Assembly (NCBI GenBank): GCA_963666975.2
Contig: CAXVYR010000004.1
Span: 960,001-1,024,000, forward strand
Reading direction: 5' to 3'
DNA: 64,000 nucleotides
Source: Terriglobia bacterium
GTDB taxonomy: Bacteria > Acidobacteriota > Terriglobia > 2-12-FULL-54-10
Positions 48,006 to 57,340 of the stretch are shown here, piece after piece; the stretch's first letter is position 1, and the number at the start of each line of letters is the position of its first letter. A model generated the notes under the pieces. It saw nothing but the letters and a program-made list of their open reading frames with translations. It was not told the DNA's origin and made no database searches. A program made the position numbers and the translations under genes.

Positions 48006-50435
48006 TCAATGGTGCTCCAAATTCAACAACCTGACTAAAATATCGCCGTTCCCTTGGACGTTTGTCTGCTTGCGCACCTCATCTCGTTCCACAACGGAGG
48101 GCGATTCACTAAATTTCTCCAGAAGCGCCTGGATCGAGCTGGTCAGGTCCGGGTCGTCTACGACCCCCATATGCTCTGCATCGGCAAATTCCTTGACGGC
48201 CTCCAGTTCGGCAACGCTTTTGGCGGTCCAGATCATCCATAATTTTTCCGTCCCCGCCTGCTCGTCAAACTGTATCCAGTACTCTTGTTCGGCGGGTATC
48301 TGAATCCTCTGATCCGCAGTCAGCAAAGCCGGCTGGCCCTCGCCCGGAAACATGACGTTGTAGCTGGGCATTCCGGCTTGCAGCACCGGCCCTTCGTTGA
48401 GTATGTAGAGATATCCGGCTTGCGGGCTACTGATAACCAGGCGAATGGCATAGTCTGCCTCAAAGATGATTTCGCCCGGCAGCGGGAAGGGTTCCCGGAA
48501 GGGTTCTCCGTCCCGGTACCGCTGCACGATGATGGAGTAACTGAACATGCGATCCGGCACGGAAACTGCGGCAGGCGGAGCAAGCTCGGATGGGGCGGAT
48601 TGATCGGAGGACCGGTTGAAAATACCAATGCCGATTCCCGCCACGAGCAATACAGCAACGGCGATAGCAGCCGCGATGAGAGCCGGTTTCTTCTTGCTGG
48701 CCTCGGCGGCTCCGGCAGGGAGCTTCCCCCGGGTGGAGGCCTTCCGGCCTGCCGCGCCGGAGCGCATCTTCTGCGGTAATTCCCGGTTGCCTGCATCCTC
48801 CGTGCAGAGGTTAAAAAGGTGGACCCGCACGCCGTGCTTGACCTCTTGCTCTCCGAGGTCCTCGAGATGCGATGACCAATCACTCAGTTGTGCCAGGACC
48901 TCCGCCACGGAGCGGGAGATAATAATATGCCCCGCATCGCCCGAGTCCATGACCCGCTGGGCCATATTGATCCCGCCACCGGCCACGTTTCTGTTGGCAT
49001 TGATGTCCGCCACGCGGTACACGGGTCCGGTATGGACACCGATACGCAGCTTGATGTTGGGATAGTCCTTTAAGGAGCGGCTGACCTCGGTGGCGCATTT
49101 GACCGGCGCGACTGGATCGCGGAAAAACACCAGTGCCATGCCGTCTCCGGTCGGCAGCTTAATCAGTTCCTCGTTTTCCTGCGCGCGCTGGAATTCCTCC
49201 GAGCTGGAGATCACATCCTGCAGTTGCTGGAGATATTGCGTCTGGAGGTCCATCGGCAGCAGAGAGTAGCCTACGATATCCGTAAAAAGGATGTGGGCCA
49301 TCTCCAAGGCGGGTTTTTTGGAACCAGAGGAGGCGGCAACCGTCTTATGCTGCATGGGGGTGGTCGCAGCGAAGGCGCTCGGATCGGAAGAGGTCCCCCT
49401 CGGGAGGGTTTGCAGCATTTCTGCCCCGCCGGTCACGGCGCGGGCGAACTCGTCTCCCAAGTCCCGTGCGCGGGCGTGGCGCTGTTTGGCGTCGAAGGAA
49501 AGCGCCTTCAAAATGCAATCCTCCGCCGCCGGAGGCAGGCTGGAATGAAAGTCCCGCGGCTTTGCTTTGACCCCTTCCTGCTGCAGGACGTACAGTTGGG
49601 CCGGCGAGTCCGGGTTGAATGGCCGCCGCCCGGTGACCATCTCATAGGCGATGACGCCGAGAGAATAGATATCGCTGGCGCTAATGGGCTGCCCCAGGAG
49701 CTGCTCCGGAGCCATATAGGAGCCCGACCCGGCAACCCGCGTGGCCTCGGACCCCGCTGCCGCCTGCGATTCCATCACCGTGGCGATTCCGAAGTCGATG
49801 ATTTTCACCAGCTCCTCGCCGCCTCCCAAATTTTGCAGCATGACGTTTTCCGGCTTCAGGTCGCGATGATAAACGCCGCGGTCGTGCGCGGCGGTGAGCG
49901 CCTGGCCGATCCCTCGCACGATCTGCGCAATGCGCGAGAGGGAAACCTGCTGGCTCTTCATCACATCCCGCAGCGTCAGCCCGTCTACGTATTGCATCAC
50001 CAGAAAGGGCTTCCGGTCCGGCATTTCTCCGGCGTCCAGCACGCCCACAATTCCCGGATGGTCGATGCGCGAAAGAGCTTCTCTTTCCTGGCGGAATTTC
50101 TTGGTGAACCAGGCGCTGTCGGCCGATTGTTTTTCGAGCAGGACCTTAATCACCACCAACCGGGAGTGCAGTTGCTCGTCCCGCGCCAGATAGACTATGC
50201 CAAACCCCCCGCGCCCCAGTTCCCGCTCAATGCGGTAGCGGTCTTTGATTTTGGCTCCGCCGTACGGCTTCTCTTGCGGCAAAGGCGCGGTGTTGACGAC
50301 CTGAGTGGCTTCCGGGGTGACGGCGGCGGTGGCTTCGGTGGCGCCACCGGCAGCAACTTCGGTAGCGGCGTCAGCAGCAATGGTCTGCTCCTGGTCGCTG
50401 GGGGTCTTCTGGTCTGGCTGGCCATCTATCGGCAT
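48006..50435 (-). CDS. Ser/Thr protein kinase - class III nucleotide cyclase - TM - DUF4384-like protein
   Basis: Kinase: GRGGFG, VVIK, HRDLKPEN, DFG, YMAPE. Cyclase: ILFTDIVGYS, PTGDG, LRIGVHTGPV, GINMAQRVMD. TM: LIAAAIAVAVLLVAGIGIGIF. C-terminal IRLVISSPQAGYLYILNE..MFP..IQIP..GTEKLWMIW. Confidence 0.88.
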   Translation of the reverse strand: MPIDGQPDQKTPSDQEQTIAADAATEVAAGGATEATAAVTPEATQVVNTAPLPQEKPYGGAKIKDRYRIERELGRGGFGIVYLARDEQLHSRLVVIKVLLEKQSADSAWFTKKFRQEREALSRIDHPGIVGVLDAGEMPDRKPFLVMQYVDGLTLRDVMKSQQVSLSRIAQIVRGIGQALTAAHDRGVYHRDLKPENVMLQNLGGGEELVKIIDFGIATVMESQAAAGSEATRVAGSGSYMAPEQLLGQPISASDIYSLGVIAYEMVTGRRPFNPDSPAQLYVLQQEGVKAKPRDFHSSLPPAAEDCILKALSFDAKQRHARARDLGDEFARAVTGGAEMLQTLPRGTSSDPSAFAATTPMQHKTVAASSGSKKPALEMAHILFTDIVGYSLLPMDLQTQYLQQLQDVISSSEEFQRAQENEELIKLPTGDGMALVFFRDPVAPVKCATEVSRSLKDYPNIKLRIGVHTGPVYRVADINANRNVAGGGINMAQRVMDSGDAGHIIISRSVAEVLAQLSDWSSHLEDLGEQEVKHGVRVHLFNLCTEDAGNRELPQKMRSGAAGRKASTRGKLPAGAAEASKKKPALIAAAIAVAVLLVAGIGIGIFNRSSDQSAPSELAPPAAVSVPDRMFSYSIIVQRYRDGEPFREPFPLPGEIIFEADYAIRLVISSPQAGYLYILNEGPVLQAGMPSYNVMFPGEGQPALLTADQRIQIPAEQEYWIQFDEQAGTEKLWMIWTAKSVAELEAVKEFADAEHMGVVDDPDLTSSIQALLEKFSESPSVVERDEVRKQTNVQGNGDILVRLLNLEHH

Positions 50436-50646
50436 AAAGAACTCCGGCGGTGAACGGCTCTGAATCGACGGCGAAGCCTTCCCCACCTGGGGGGATATCT
50501 ATTGATAATAAATCTCTTCTGCAAGCTTGACAAGAGGGACATTCGTGATCTTCTGTTCGGTGTTGTTCTTTACAGCACGCCTCCAGTCTGCTATTTTGCA
50601 GTTTTAGTTCTCGCATCCTGGGTTGTAATGACTGAGGACTGTAAAG

Positions 50647-51361
50647 ATGCCCCTGTGGCAGACGCACTTATCCGCACTGATTACGCTACCTCGCCTTAAA
50701 ATCGCCGCCGGCAGCCTCCTGTGCCGGGCGGTCATTTTCGGACTAATAACGCTTCTTTGTTTGGCTGTTCCTTCCTTGTCCCGCGCGCAGGGCGTCATTT
50801 CCACGGCGGCGGGCACCACCTGGAGCTTTTTCGGCGATGACGGTCCGGCCATACTTGCCTCGCTGGATGGCCCTACCAGTGTGGCGGTAGATGCGGCTGG
50901 CAACATTTTTATCGCTGACCGGAATAATAACCTTGTCCGCAAAGTCGGCGCCGATGGAATCATCACCACTGTGGCGGGCAACGGGGATTTCTCCTTCGCG
51001 GGAGACGGCGGCCCGGCCACCGCCGCCTCGCTCGATCCCCAGGGCGTGGCGGTCGATGCGGCCGGCCAACCGCGGGGAGTTTCTTTCGATCTTCTGCACT
51101 GGACTGGGAGCGGTAACGAACCCGCCGGCGAGCGGAGCCGCGGCAGCAGGCGATCCGCTGTCGGAGACGATGGCGACCCCGGGCGTAACGATTGAAGGCG
51201 TTCCGGCGACGGTAACGTTCTCCGGGCTGGCGCCGGGCTTTGTGGGGCTCTATCAGGTGAACGTGGTGATTCCCCAGGAAGTCTCTTCTGGCCCGGCGGT
51301 CCCCCTGATACTCACCATCAGCGGCGTCCCCTCCAATGCCGTGACTATTGCGGTCGAGTAG
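50647..51361 (+). pseudogene. Internally deleted NHL-repeat / Solibacter C-terminal domain (TIGR03437-like) gene
   Basis: Signal peptide and about 1.5 NHL repeats (GDGGPATAASL..VAVDAAG) jump out of frame at about 51060 into PANRGE..IFCTGLG..FSGLAPGFVGLYQVNV..SNAVTIAVE*. Confidence 0.8.
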
Positions 51362-51401
51362 CACGTAACAAATTCGTGCGGTTTTGTCCCACCGAATCCA
51401 A

Positions 51402-51588
51402 CCAGAACGGTTTCACAGTTCGTGTATAGTCAGAGCCGTGCGCGCCTGTCCCGCCTGCCCTGCCTGCCCCGAGCGAAGCCGAGGGGATCAGCAAGCGGTC
51501 ACAAGCGCTGGAGAACGGCCTATCGGATGGATCTACAAACATGTATCTACAAGCATGGCGCTTTACACCAACCCTGAAATTGCCCTAA
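51402..51588. mobile_element. Second degenerate IS630-type MITE, enclosing a compound REP
   Basis: Left end CCAGAACGGTTTCACAGTTCGTGTATAG and right end CTTTACACCAACCCTGAAATTGCCCTAA each match the 9073-9100 end at 19/28. Confidence 0.4.
51433..51498. repeat. Compound nested REP (copy 2)
   Basis: GAGCCGTGCGCG-CCTGTCCCG-CCTGCCCTG-CCTGCCCCG-AGCGAAGCCGAGGGG-ATCAGCAAGCGG. Confidence 0.8.
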
Positions 51589-51838
51589 TGATGCCATGCT
51601 GGCGTGACTGACCGAGTTGTTCTTCGTGCAGTGGCTGCGAGAACACTCTGCCCTCTTTGAACCATCCGGCAGGACATGAACCGCAGCCCCATATAGGGAA
51701 TCGCAATCTTGACGGAACGCGAGGTAATGGTTTTGGCACGGCCCGGCCTGTGCAGCAGTCCTGTTTGCTATAATCAGGGCCACCAAGCTGCTGTCCTGCA
51801 ATAGGACGTATAAGGTCATAAAGCAAGAGAGAGGCATT

Positions 51839-52548
51839 ATGAGCGCTTGTTTGCGTTATTTGTTGTTTGGGATTTTATGCTTGGTGTTGTTGTCAACACA
51901 GGCCTCCGCCCAGGAAATACTCTGGGAAACGCATAACGAAGAAGGCAACCATTCTTATCAGCAGGGCAAGTATGCCGAGGCGGAGAAGCAATTCTTAGCT
52001 GCCTTGCGAGAAGCGGAAAAGTTTGGGTCAGCGGACCGTCGTCTGGCCAGGGCCTCACCAGCCTGGCAACACTCTACCGCACACAGGGCAAATACAACGA
52101 CGCAGAGCCACTTTACCAGCGGGCATTGGAGATTGACGAAAAGGTTCTGGGGCCGGAAGACACTCAGGTAGCTGCGGAACTCAACAACCTGGGGGTACTC
52201 TACCACGCCCAGGCCAAATACTCCGAGGCCGAGGCGCTCTACCGGCGGGCTCTGCGGATTGACGAGAAGGCCATGGGGCCGGATCATCCCAGCCTGGCCA
52301 CAAACCTCAACAGCCTGGCTTTCCTCTACCATGACCAGCGCAAGTACGCCGAGGCCGAGCCGCTTTATCGGCGGGCATTGGCGATCATCGAGAAGGCCGT
52401 GGGACCGGACCATCCCAAGGTGACTGCGACCTTGGAGAGCTACGCCGCCTTGCTACGGAAGACGAACCGGGAGTACGAGGCGTTGAAAATGGAGGCCCGC
52501 GCCAAAGCCATCCGTGCCATGCACGCGCAGCAGAATCCAGCCAAATGA
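51839..52548 (+). pseudogene. Secreted TPR-repeat protein, frameshifted
   Basis: Signal peptide and YQQGKYAEAEK; an apparent 1-bp loss at about 52050 (RLA^GLTSLATLYRTQGKYNDAEPLYQRALEIDEK); three kinesin-light-chain-type TPRs follow. Confidence 0.8.
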
Positions 52549-52777
52549 AAACAGACCCGCCTTGCCGAAAAGGCGCGGTTTGGCAGCGCAGTAGGCGGAG
52601 CACGCGCGGTCCCTACGGGCAGGTTCCCGGACTCAGTTCTCCGCGCGGCCACAATCCAATTTGTGTTTTCGCCTTGCCGTGACAGCAATGTACGGTAAAA
52701 GAACGACGGAGAGTAAACGATGGAGAGTAAGGGTTGCCCGCATAGCGGGGAATTGCGCAGGCCGAGCCAATTGGTTC

Positions 52778-52813
52778 CCCAAACGGATTCCCAAACAGAT
52801 TCCCTAACGGATT
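52778..52813. repeat. 12-bp tandem repeat x3
   Basis: CCCAAACGGATT CCCAAACAGATT CCCTAACGGATT. Confidence 0.85.
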
Positions 52814-52904
52814 ATAAGCTGAGAATACCCACCGAGAAGTGCTCACCGCCAGAGAGGAGAAAATGAGAGCCGCCGAATTTTTACCAGCCAATCGGAAACG
52901 GAGC

Positions 52905-53025
52905 ATGCAAACAACCGCTCGGCAGTTGTTGCAAAGAGAGCGCGTGTTGCCAGGGGCGCTTATCACGCTGATTCCCGTCCTGATCCCCATGCTGTTCCTC
53001 GCCTGCTCGCCCGTCGCGCCGCCTG
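52905..53025 (+). pseudogene. 5' stub of a lipoprotein gene truncated by IS630
   Basis: MQTTARQLLQRERVLPGALITLIPVLIPMLFLACSP has a lipobox-like FLAC, then runs abruptly into transposase sequence. Confidence 0.45.
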
Positions 53026-53768
53026 TTGCGGGAGCAGCCAGACCGCACGCTGGTGGAGTTGCAGCAGGGGTTATGGGAAGCCGAGAGGGTGCACTTCAGT
53101 ATTCAGCATCTGTGGCGACGGCTCCGGCGGATGGGCTTGCCGCTAAAAAAAGTCGCTCCGCGCCCAGGAGCAAGACACGCCGGAAAACCGGGAGCGCCGC
53201 AAGGCGTGGCAGGAGCAGAGCCAGCTGATGGATCCCCGGCAATGGGTGTTTGTGGACGAGAGCGGCGCGACCACGGAGATGACTCGGCGCTACGGTCGTG
53301 CGCCCCGCGGGGAACGGGTGCGGGAAGCTACGCCCGCCGGCCGCTGGAGCACGCTGACGCTTCTGGGAGCGATGAGCACCGAGGGATGGTTGGCGACCCT
53401 GACCGTGGAGTCGCCCACCGACGGAGATGTCTTTCTGGCTTACCTGGAACACGTGTTGTGTCCCCGGCTGGAACCGGGCCAGATCGTAGTCATGGACAAC
53501 CTGGGGGCGCATAAAGTTCAGGGAGTCCGAGAACTCATCGAAGCCACCGGAGCGAAACTGATGTACTTGCCGCCGTACTCGCCCGACTTCAACCCGATTG
53601 AACCATGCTGGGGGAAGGTGAAACAGAAGCTCCGTTCGCTGAAGGCCCGCACCGTGGACGCGCTGCAGGAGGCGATCTCCGAAGCCATCGCCACGATCAC
53701 CCCCAACAACGCCTCCGCCTGGTTCGCCCATTGCGGCTATGATCTACACTAACAGGAGAAATGCTCTA
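53026..53768 (+). mobile_element. IS630-family element, 5'-truncated
   Basis: [20 protein letters not shown], then a +1 shift at CTAAAAAAAG into [37 protein letters not shown] (DDE). Right end ..AAATGCTC-TA. Left end and N-terminal HTH are missing. Confidence 0.9.
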
Positions 53769-53780
53769 GTGTTCGTAAAT

Positions 53781-54398
53781 TCAAAAAAGCCCATGACGAA
53801 AGACCTTTTCTCCGTGGCTTGTATCTACCTGCTTACCCTTCGTCAGCGCCTCTTCGATGCGGTGCAGCATGAACACATCTTCTTTGTTATAAGTAAGCAG
53901 CTCGTTCAGGTAGCGCGCATCCCGGGATTCCTCGTATTTCTTCCAAGTCTCGTTGGCCCAGGCCCCGTCTTTGCCGGGGAGTTCCCTCTTGAGCCCCAGG
54001 GTTTCTTCCACCTTTTTCTGACCTCCATAAAGGCCATGCTCCCAGCACAGCGGCACGAGGTCAACGTGCTTGAACACTTCGTCAAGCACAACTCCGAGTT
54101 GGGCGGCTATCACGGGAAAATCGAATCCTATGCGGTGATTGATCCTGTCAGGAATGGAGCGGCCGTTGTAGGTCACGATGCGCCCGACTCCATCGAGCAC
54201 CTGCATCAATTGGTCTTTAGAGATGTCCTCACCGGTAAGCTGATAAAAAGAGTCATTGGTGTTATCCATAACTCGGGTGCTATCCATAACCCGAATTCCA
54301 AGCACAGTGATCTTATGATTCTTGAAATCCCTGCATAATTTGGGAAAAGGCAGCCGGCCGAGATAACTCGTCTCGATGTCAAGATAAGCTGCTTTCAT
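53781..54398 (-). CDS. RNase H-like (DnaQ/YprB-type) exonuclease domain protein
   Basis: AYLDIET, IVTYNG..FDFPVI, HVDL, GLYGGQKKVEETLGLKR, LLTYNKEDV (DEDD pattern). Confidence 0.85.
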   Translation of the reverse strand: MKAAYLDIETSYLGRLPFPKLCRDFKNHKITVLGIRVMDSTRVMDNTNDSFYQLTGEDISKDQLMQVLDGVGRIVTYNGRSIPDRINHRIGFDFPVIAAQLGVVLDEVFKHVDLVPLCWEHGLYGGQKKVEETLGLKRELPGKDGAWANETWKKYEESRDARYLNELLTYNKEDVFMLHRIEEALTKGKQVDTSHGEKVFRHGLF

Positions 54399-54596
54399 GC
54401 GATTCCTCTTTTTCTATTTTCTGCCGGGCAGCATAGCATGAATCCGCCCACTGCGCGGCCAGCGGAAAAGCACATGGCGCAAATCGGCCCGCCAGATGTT
54501 TCCCCGCCCGAATGGAGGTTTTCGGGCGATAATGAAGCCCCGGATGATGCACGCGGATGGCGGTCGGGATGACGTCCGGGAGGCTGGCGGTGGCCC

Positions 54597-54869
54597 GTGA
54601 AATTGACGGTAAATAGTTACAGTGGGTATAAGGCGAATGAAAGGCCGCTTTTATTTGCGCTCGACGGCCACGAATATCAGGTGGAACGAGTGCTCGACCA
54701 ATGGTACGGACCCGACTCGGTTTATTTCAAAGTCCAGGCAAGCGACGGGAACCTGTACATCTTGAAGTATCATCAATCGTCCGATGAATGGAGCCTGGAG
54801 TCCTACCGCAGAGGGGCCACAGAGACCGGCGATATGCCGGCTGATCTGCCTACGGACCATCCCATCTGA
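54597..54869 (+). CDS. Small conserved hypothetical protein (DUF6504-like)
   Basis: [31 protein letters not shown]; GTG start after GGAGG. Confidence 0.7.
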   Translation: MKLTVNSYSGYKANERPLLFALDGHEYQVERVLDQWYGPDSVYFKVQASDGNLYILKYHQSSDEWSLESYRRGATETGDMPADLPTDHPI

Positions 54870-54983
54870 ACCTTACAACTCGGAATGCAGAACCCGCAAT
54901 GAAGGATTCGGAATTGACCCTTGAAAACCGAGCGGGCCGAGCAGTATTGTCTTTCGGAGACTTCTGCTCGCTGAACCACATTG

Positions 54984-56939
54984 ATGAAACACATTATTGT
55001 CGGCACAGCCGGACACATTGACCACGGCAAAAGCGCGCTGGTGCGGGCCCTGACCGGAACCGACCCGGACCGCTGGGAAGAGGAAAAAAGGCGCGGCATC
55101 ACCATCGACATCGGCTTTGCCACGCTCGACCTGGACGCGGAGCACCGCCTGGGCTTCGTCGACGTTCCCGGCCACGAGCGGTTCGTCAAGAACATGCTGG
55201 CGGGGATCGGCGGCATTGACATGGTGCTGCTCGTGATTGCCGCCGACCAGTCGATTCAGCCGCAGACGCGCGAGCATTTTGACATCTGCCGCCTGCTGGA
55301 AGTGCGCCGGGGGATCATCCTGCTCACCAAAGCCGACTTGGTGGAGCCGGACATTCTGGAGCTGGTCAAACTGGAGGCGGAGGAGTTCGCCGCCGGGTCG
55401 TTCCTGGAGGGTGCGCCGATCCTGGCCGTCAGCTCGCGCACGGGCCAGGGCATGGACGCGCTGAAACAGCAGTTGTTGAGCCTGGCCGCCGAGGCGCCCG
55501 CCAAGGACTCTTCCCGCCACTTCCGCCTGCCCATCGACCGTGCCTTCGTGATGAAAGGATTCGGCGTGGTGGTGACGGGCACGCTCATCTCGGGCGAGAT
55601 TCACAAAGAGTCGGAAGTGGAGGTCCACCCGGTGGGAAAGCGGCTGCGCGTGCGGGGCATTCAGGTCCACAACCAAGCGGTGGAGACGGCTTCCGCCGGG
55701 CAGCGCACGGCCTTGAACCTGAGCGGCGCCGAGACCGGAGAGCTTGCTCGCGGCATGACGCTGTCGGACCCCGGCCGCTTCCTGGCCACCAAGCGCGCCG
55801 ACTGCCTGCTGCACCTACTGCCCTCGGCGCGGCCTCTCAAAAATGGCGCTTCGGTGCATTTCCACTCGGCGACCACTGAGGTAATCGGCAAGGCGATTCT
55901 CCTGGAGCAGCCGGCGGGCAATGGGGCCGCAAGCCGAGTGAAGAAAAACACGGAGAATAAAATGGAACCGGGCACAAGCGCCTGCGTGCAGTTCCGCCTG
56001 CGCGACCCGGTGCTGCTGTTGCCCGGCGACCGCTTTATCATCCGCCAGGTCTCTCCGGTGATTACGATTGGAGGCGGCAGGGTGCTTGAAAACTGGGTCC
56101 CGCGCCATTCGCTCCGCCGGATGGCGCGCGAAGACGTGATGAAAGCCCTGCGGGTGCTCCAAAGCGAAAACCGCGAGAGCATCCTGGAGACCCTGCTCCG
56201 CAACAGTCCGGGGGGCTGCCTGGGCGCGGAGGATTTGATTGCCCGCACGGGATGGCTGCTGGCCGAATGCAGCCAAACGGCACAGCAGTTACAGAAGGAG
56301 GGCAAGGCATCTGTCCTCTCGGAAAAACCTCTGCTGGTGGCGGAGGAAGCCCGCCTGGAGCAGTTGCGCCGCAGGACCGTCGAGACGCTGGAAAAATTCC
56401 ACAAACAAAATCCCCTTCTGCCCGGCATGTCCAAGGAAGCGCTCCGCACCAAGCTGTTTGCCCGCGCTTATCCCGCCCTCGCCGAGCCTGTCCTGAAGAA
56501 GCTGGCCGATCTCGGAAAAATTGCCGTGGCCGGAGAGCTGGTAAAGCTGGGAGGCCACAAAATCGTCTTGAAGGACGAAGAGCAGCAGGCCAAGCAGCAG
56601 ATCGCACGCGCCTTTGAGCGGGCCGGGTTGAGGGTCCCCGCCGTGAAAGATGTCCTCGGCAAACTCCCCTTGGAGCGGCAACGGGCGGAGAGAATTCTCA
56701 AGATTCTGCTCCAGGAAAAATTGTTGATACGGGTTTCAGACGATCTGGTATTCCACGCCGACGCCATCGGCAAGCTCCGCCAAACGCTGGCACAGTACAA
56801 AACCACGAGCGACCGCATCAAGGTCGGCGCTTTCAAGGACTTGGCGCAAATCAGCCGCAAATATGCCATCCCCTTGCTCGAATATCTGGACCGCGAACAC
56901 GTCACACGACGGGCCGGCGATGAGCGCATCCTGCTGTGA
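54984..56939 (+). CDS. selB: Selenocysteine-specific elongation factor SelB
   Basis: [42 protein letters not shown], and C-terminal winged-helix [13 protein letters not shown]. Confidence 0.97.
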   Translation: MKHIIVGTAGHIDHGKSALVRALTGTDPDRWEEEKRRGITIDIGFATLDLDAEHRLGFVDVPGHERFVKNMLAGIGGIDMVLLVIAADQSIQPQTREHFDICRLLEVRRGIILLTKADLVEPDILELVKLEAEEFAAGSFLEGAPILAVSSRTGQGMDALKQQLLSLAAEAPAKDSSRHFRLPIDRAFVMKGFGVVVTGTLISGEIHKESEVEVHPVGKRLRVRGIQVHNQAVETASAGQRTALNLSGAETGELARGMTLSDPGRFLATKRADCLLHLLPSARPLKNGASVHFHSATTEVIGKAILLEQPAGNGAASRVKKNTENKMEPGTSACVQFRLRDPVLLLPGDRFIIRQVSPVITIGGGRVLENWVPRHSLRRMAREDVMKALRVLQSENRESILETLLRNSPGGCLGAEDLIARTGWLLAECSQTAQQLQKEGKASVLSEKPLLVAEEARLEQLRRRTVETLEKFHKQNPLLPGMSKEALRTKLFARAYPALAEPVLKKLADLGKIAVAGELVKLGGHKIVLKDEEQQAKQQIARAFERAGLRVPAVKDVLGKLPLERQRAERILKILLQEKLLIRVSDDLVFHADAIGKLRQTLAQYKTTSDRIKVGAFKDLAQISRKYAIPLLEYLDREHVTRRAGDERILL

Positions 56940-57071
56940 GCCCGCTGCCGCTCCTCTACTCCTCCAAGCCGCTTGGCAACCCCCTCTCTCCAAAGCAAAG
57001 AATCTCCTCAATCTTGTTGTTGTATCAGGGCTAGGAGAGGCCTAGAATAGAGGCGGAGGCGAAGGATTGAA

Positions 57072-57284
57072 ATGGAACAAGCTATTGGCATGTTTATGAT
57101 CGGGCCCGTCGGGCCGATGGAACTGGTCATCATTGGGATAATTGCCGCGCTGGTATTCGGCGGCAAGCGCCTCGGGGATTTAGGAAAAGGTTTGGGAGAA
57201 GGCATCCGCAACTTCCGGAGCGCCGTCAGTTCGAAAGAGGAGAAGGCCGTGGAAGGGGACAATCCTACGAAACCCTCTTCCTAA
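57072..57284 (+). CDS. tatA: Twin-arginine translocase subunit TatA
   Basis: GPMELVIIGIIAALVFGGKRLGDLGKGLGEGIRNFR; alternative start at 57090. Confidence 0.92.
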   Translation: MEQAIGMFMIGPVGPMELVIIGIIAALVFGGKRLGDLGKGLGEGIRNFRSAVSSKEEKAVEGDNPTKPSS

Positions 57285-57340
57285 GCAGCCGATCTGACCT
57301 CCTGTGCGCTCTTCCCAGCTGCAATGATGCTGCAACGCTC

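Noticed and set aside
56940-57070. tRNA-Sec or SECIS after selB
   Set aside because: No cloverleaf or UCA anticodon arm is visible, and no convincing in-frame UGA with continued homology was seen in the window's genes.
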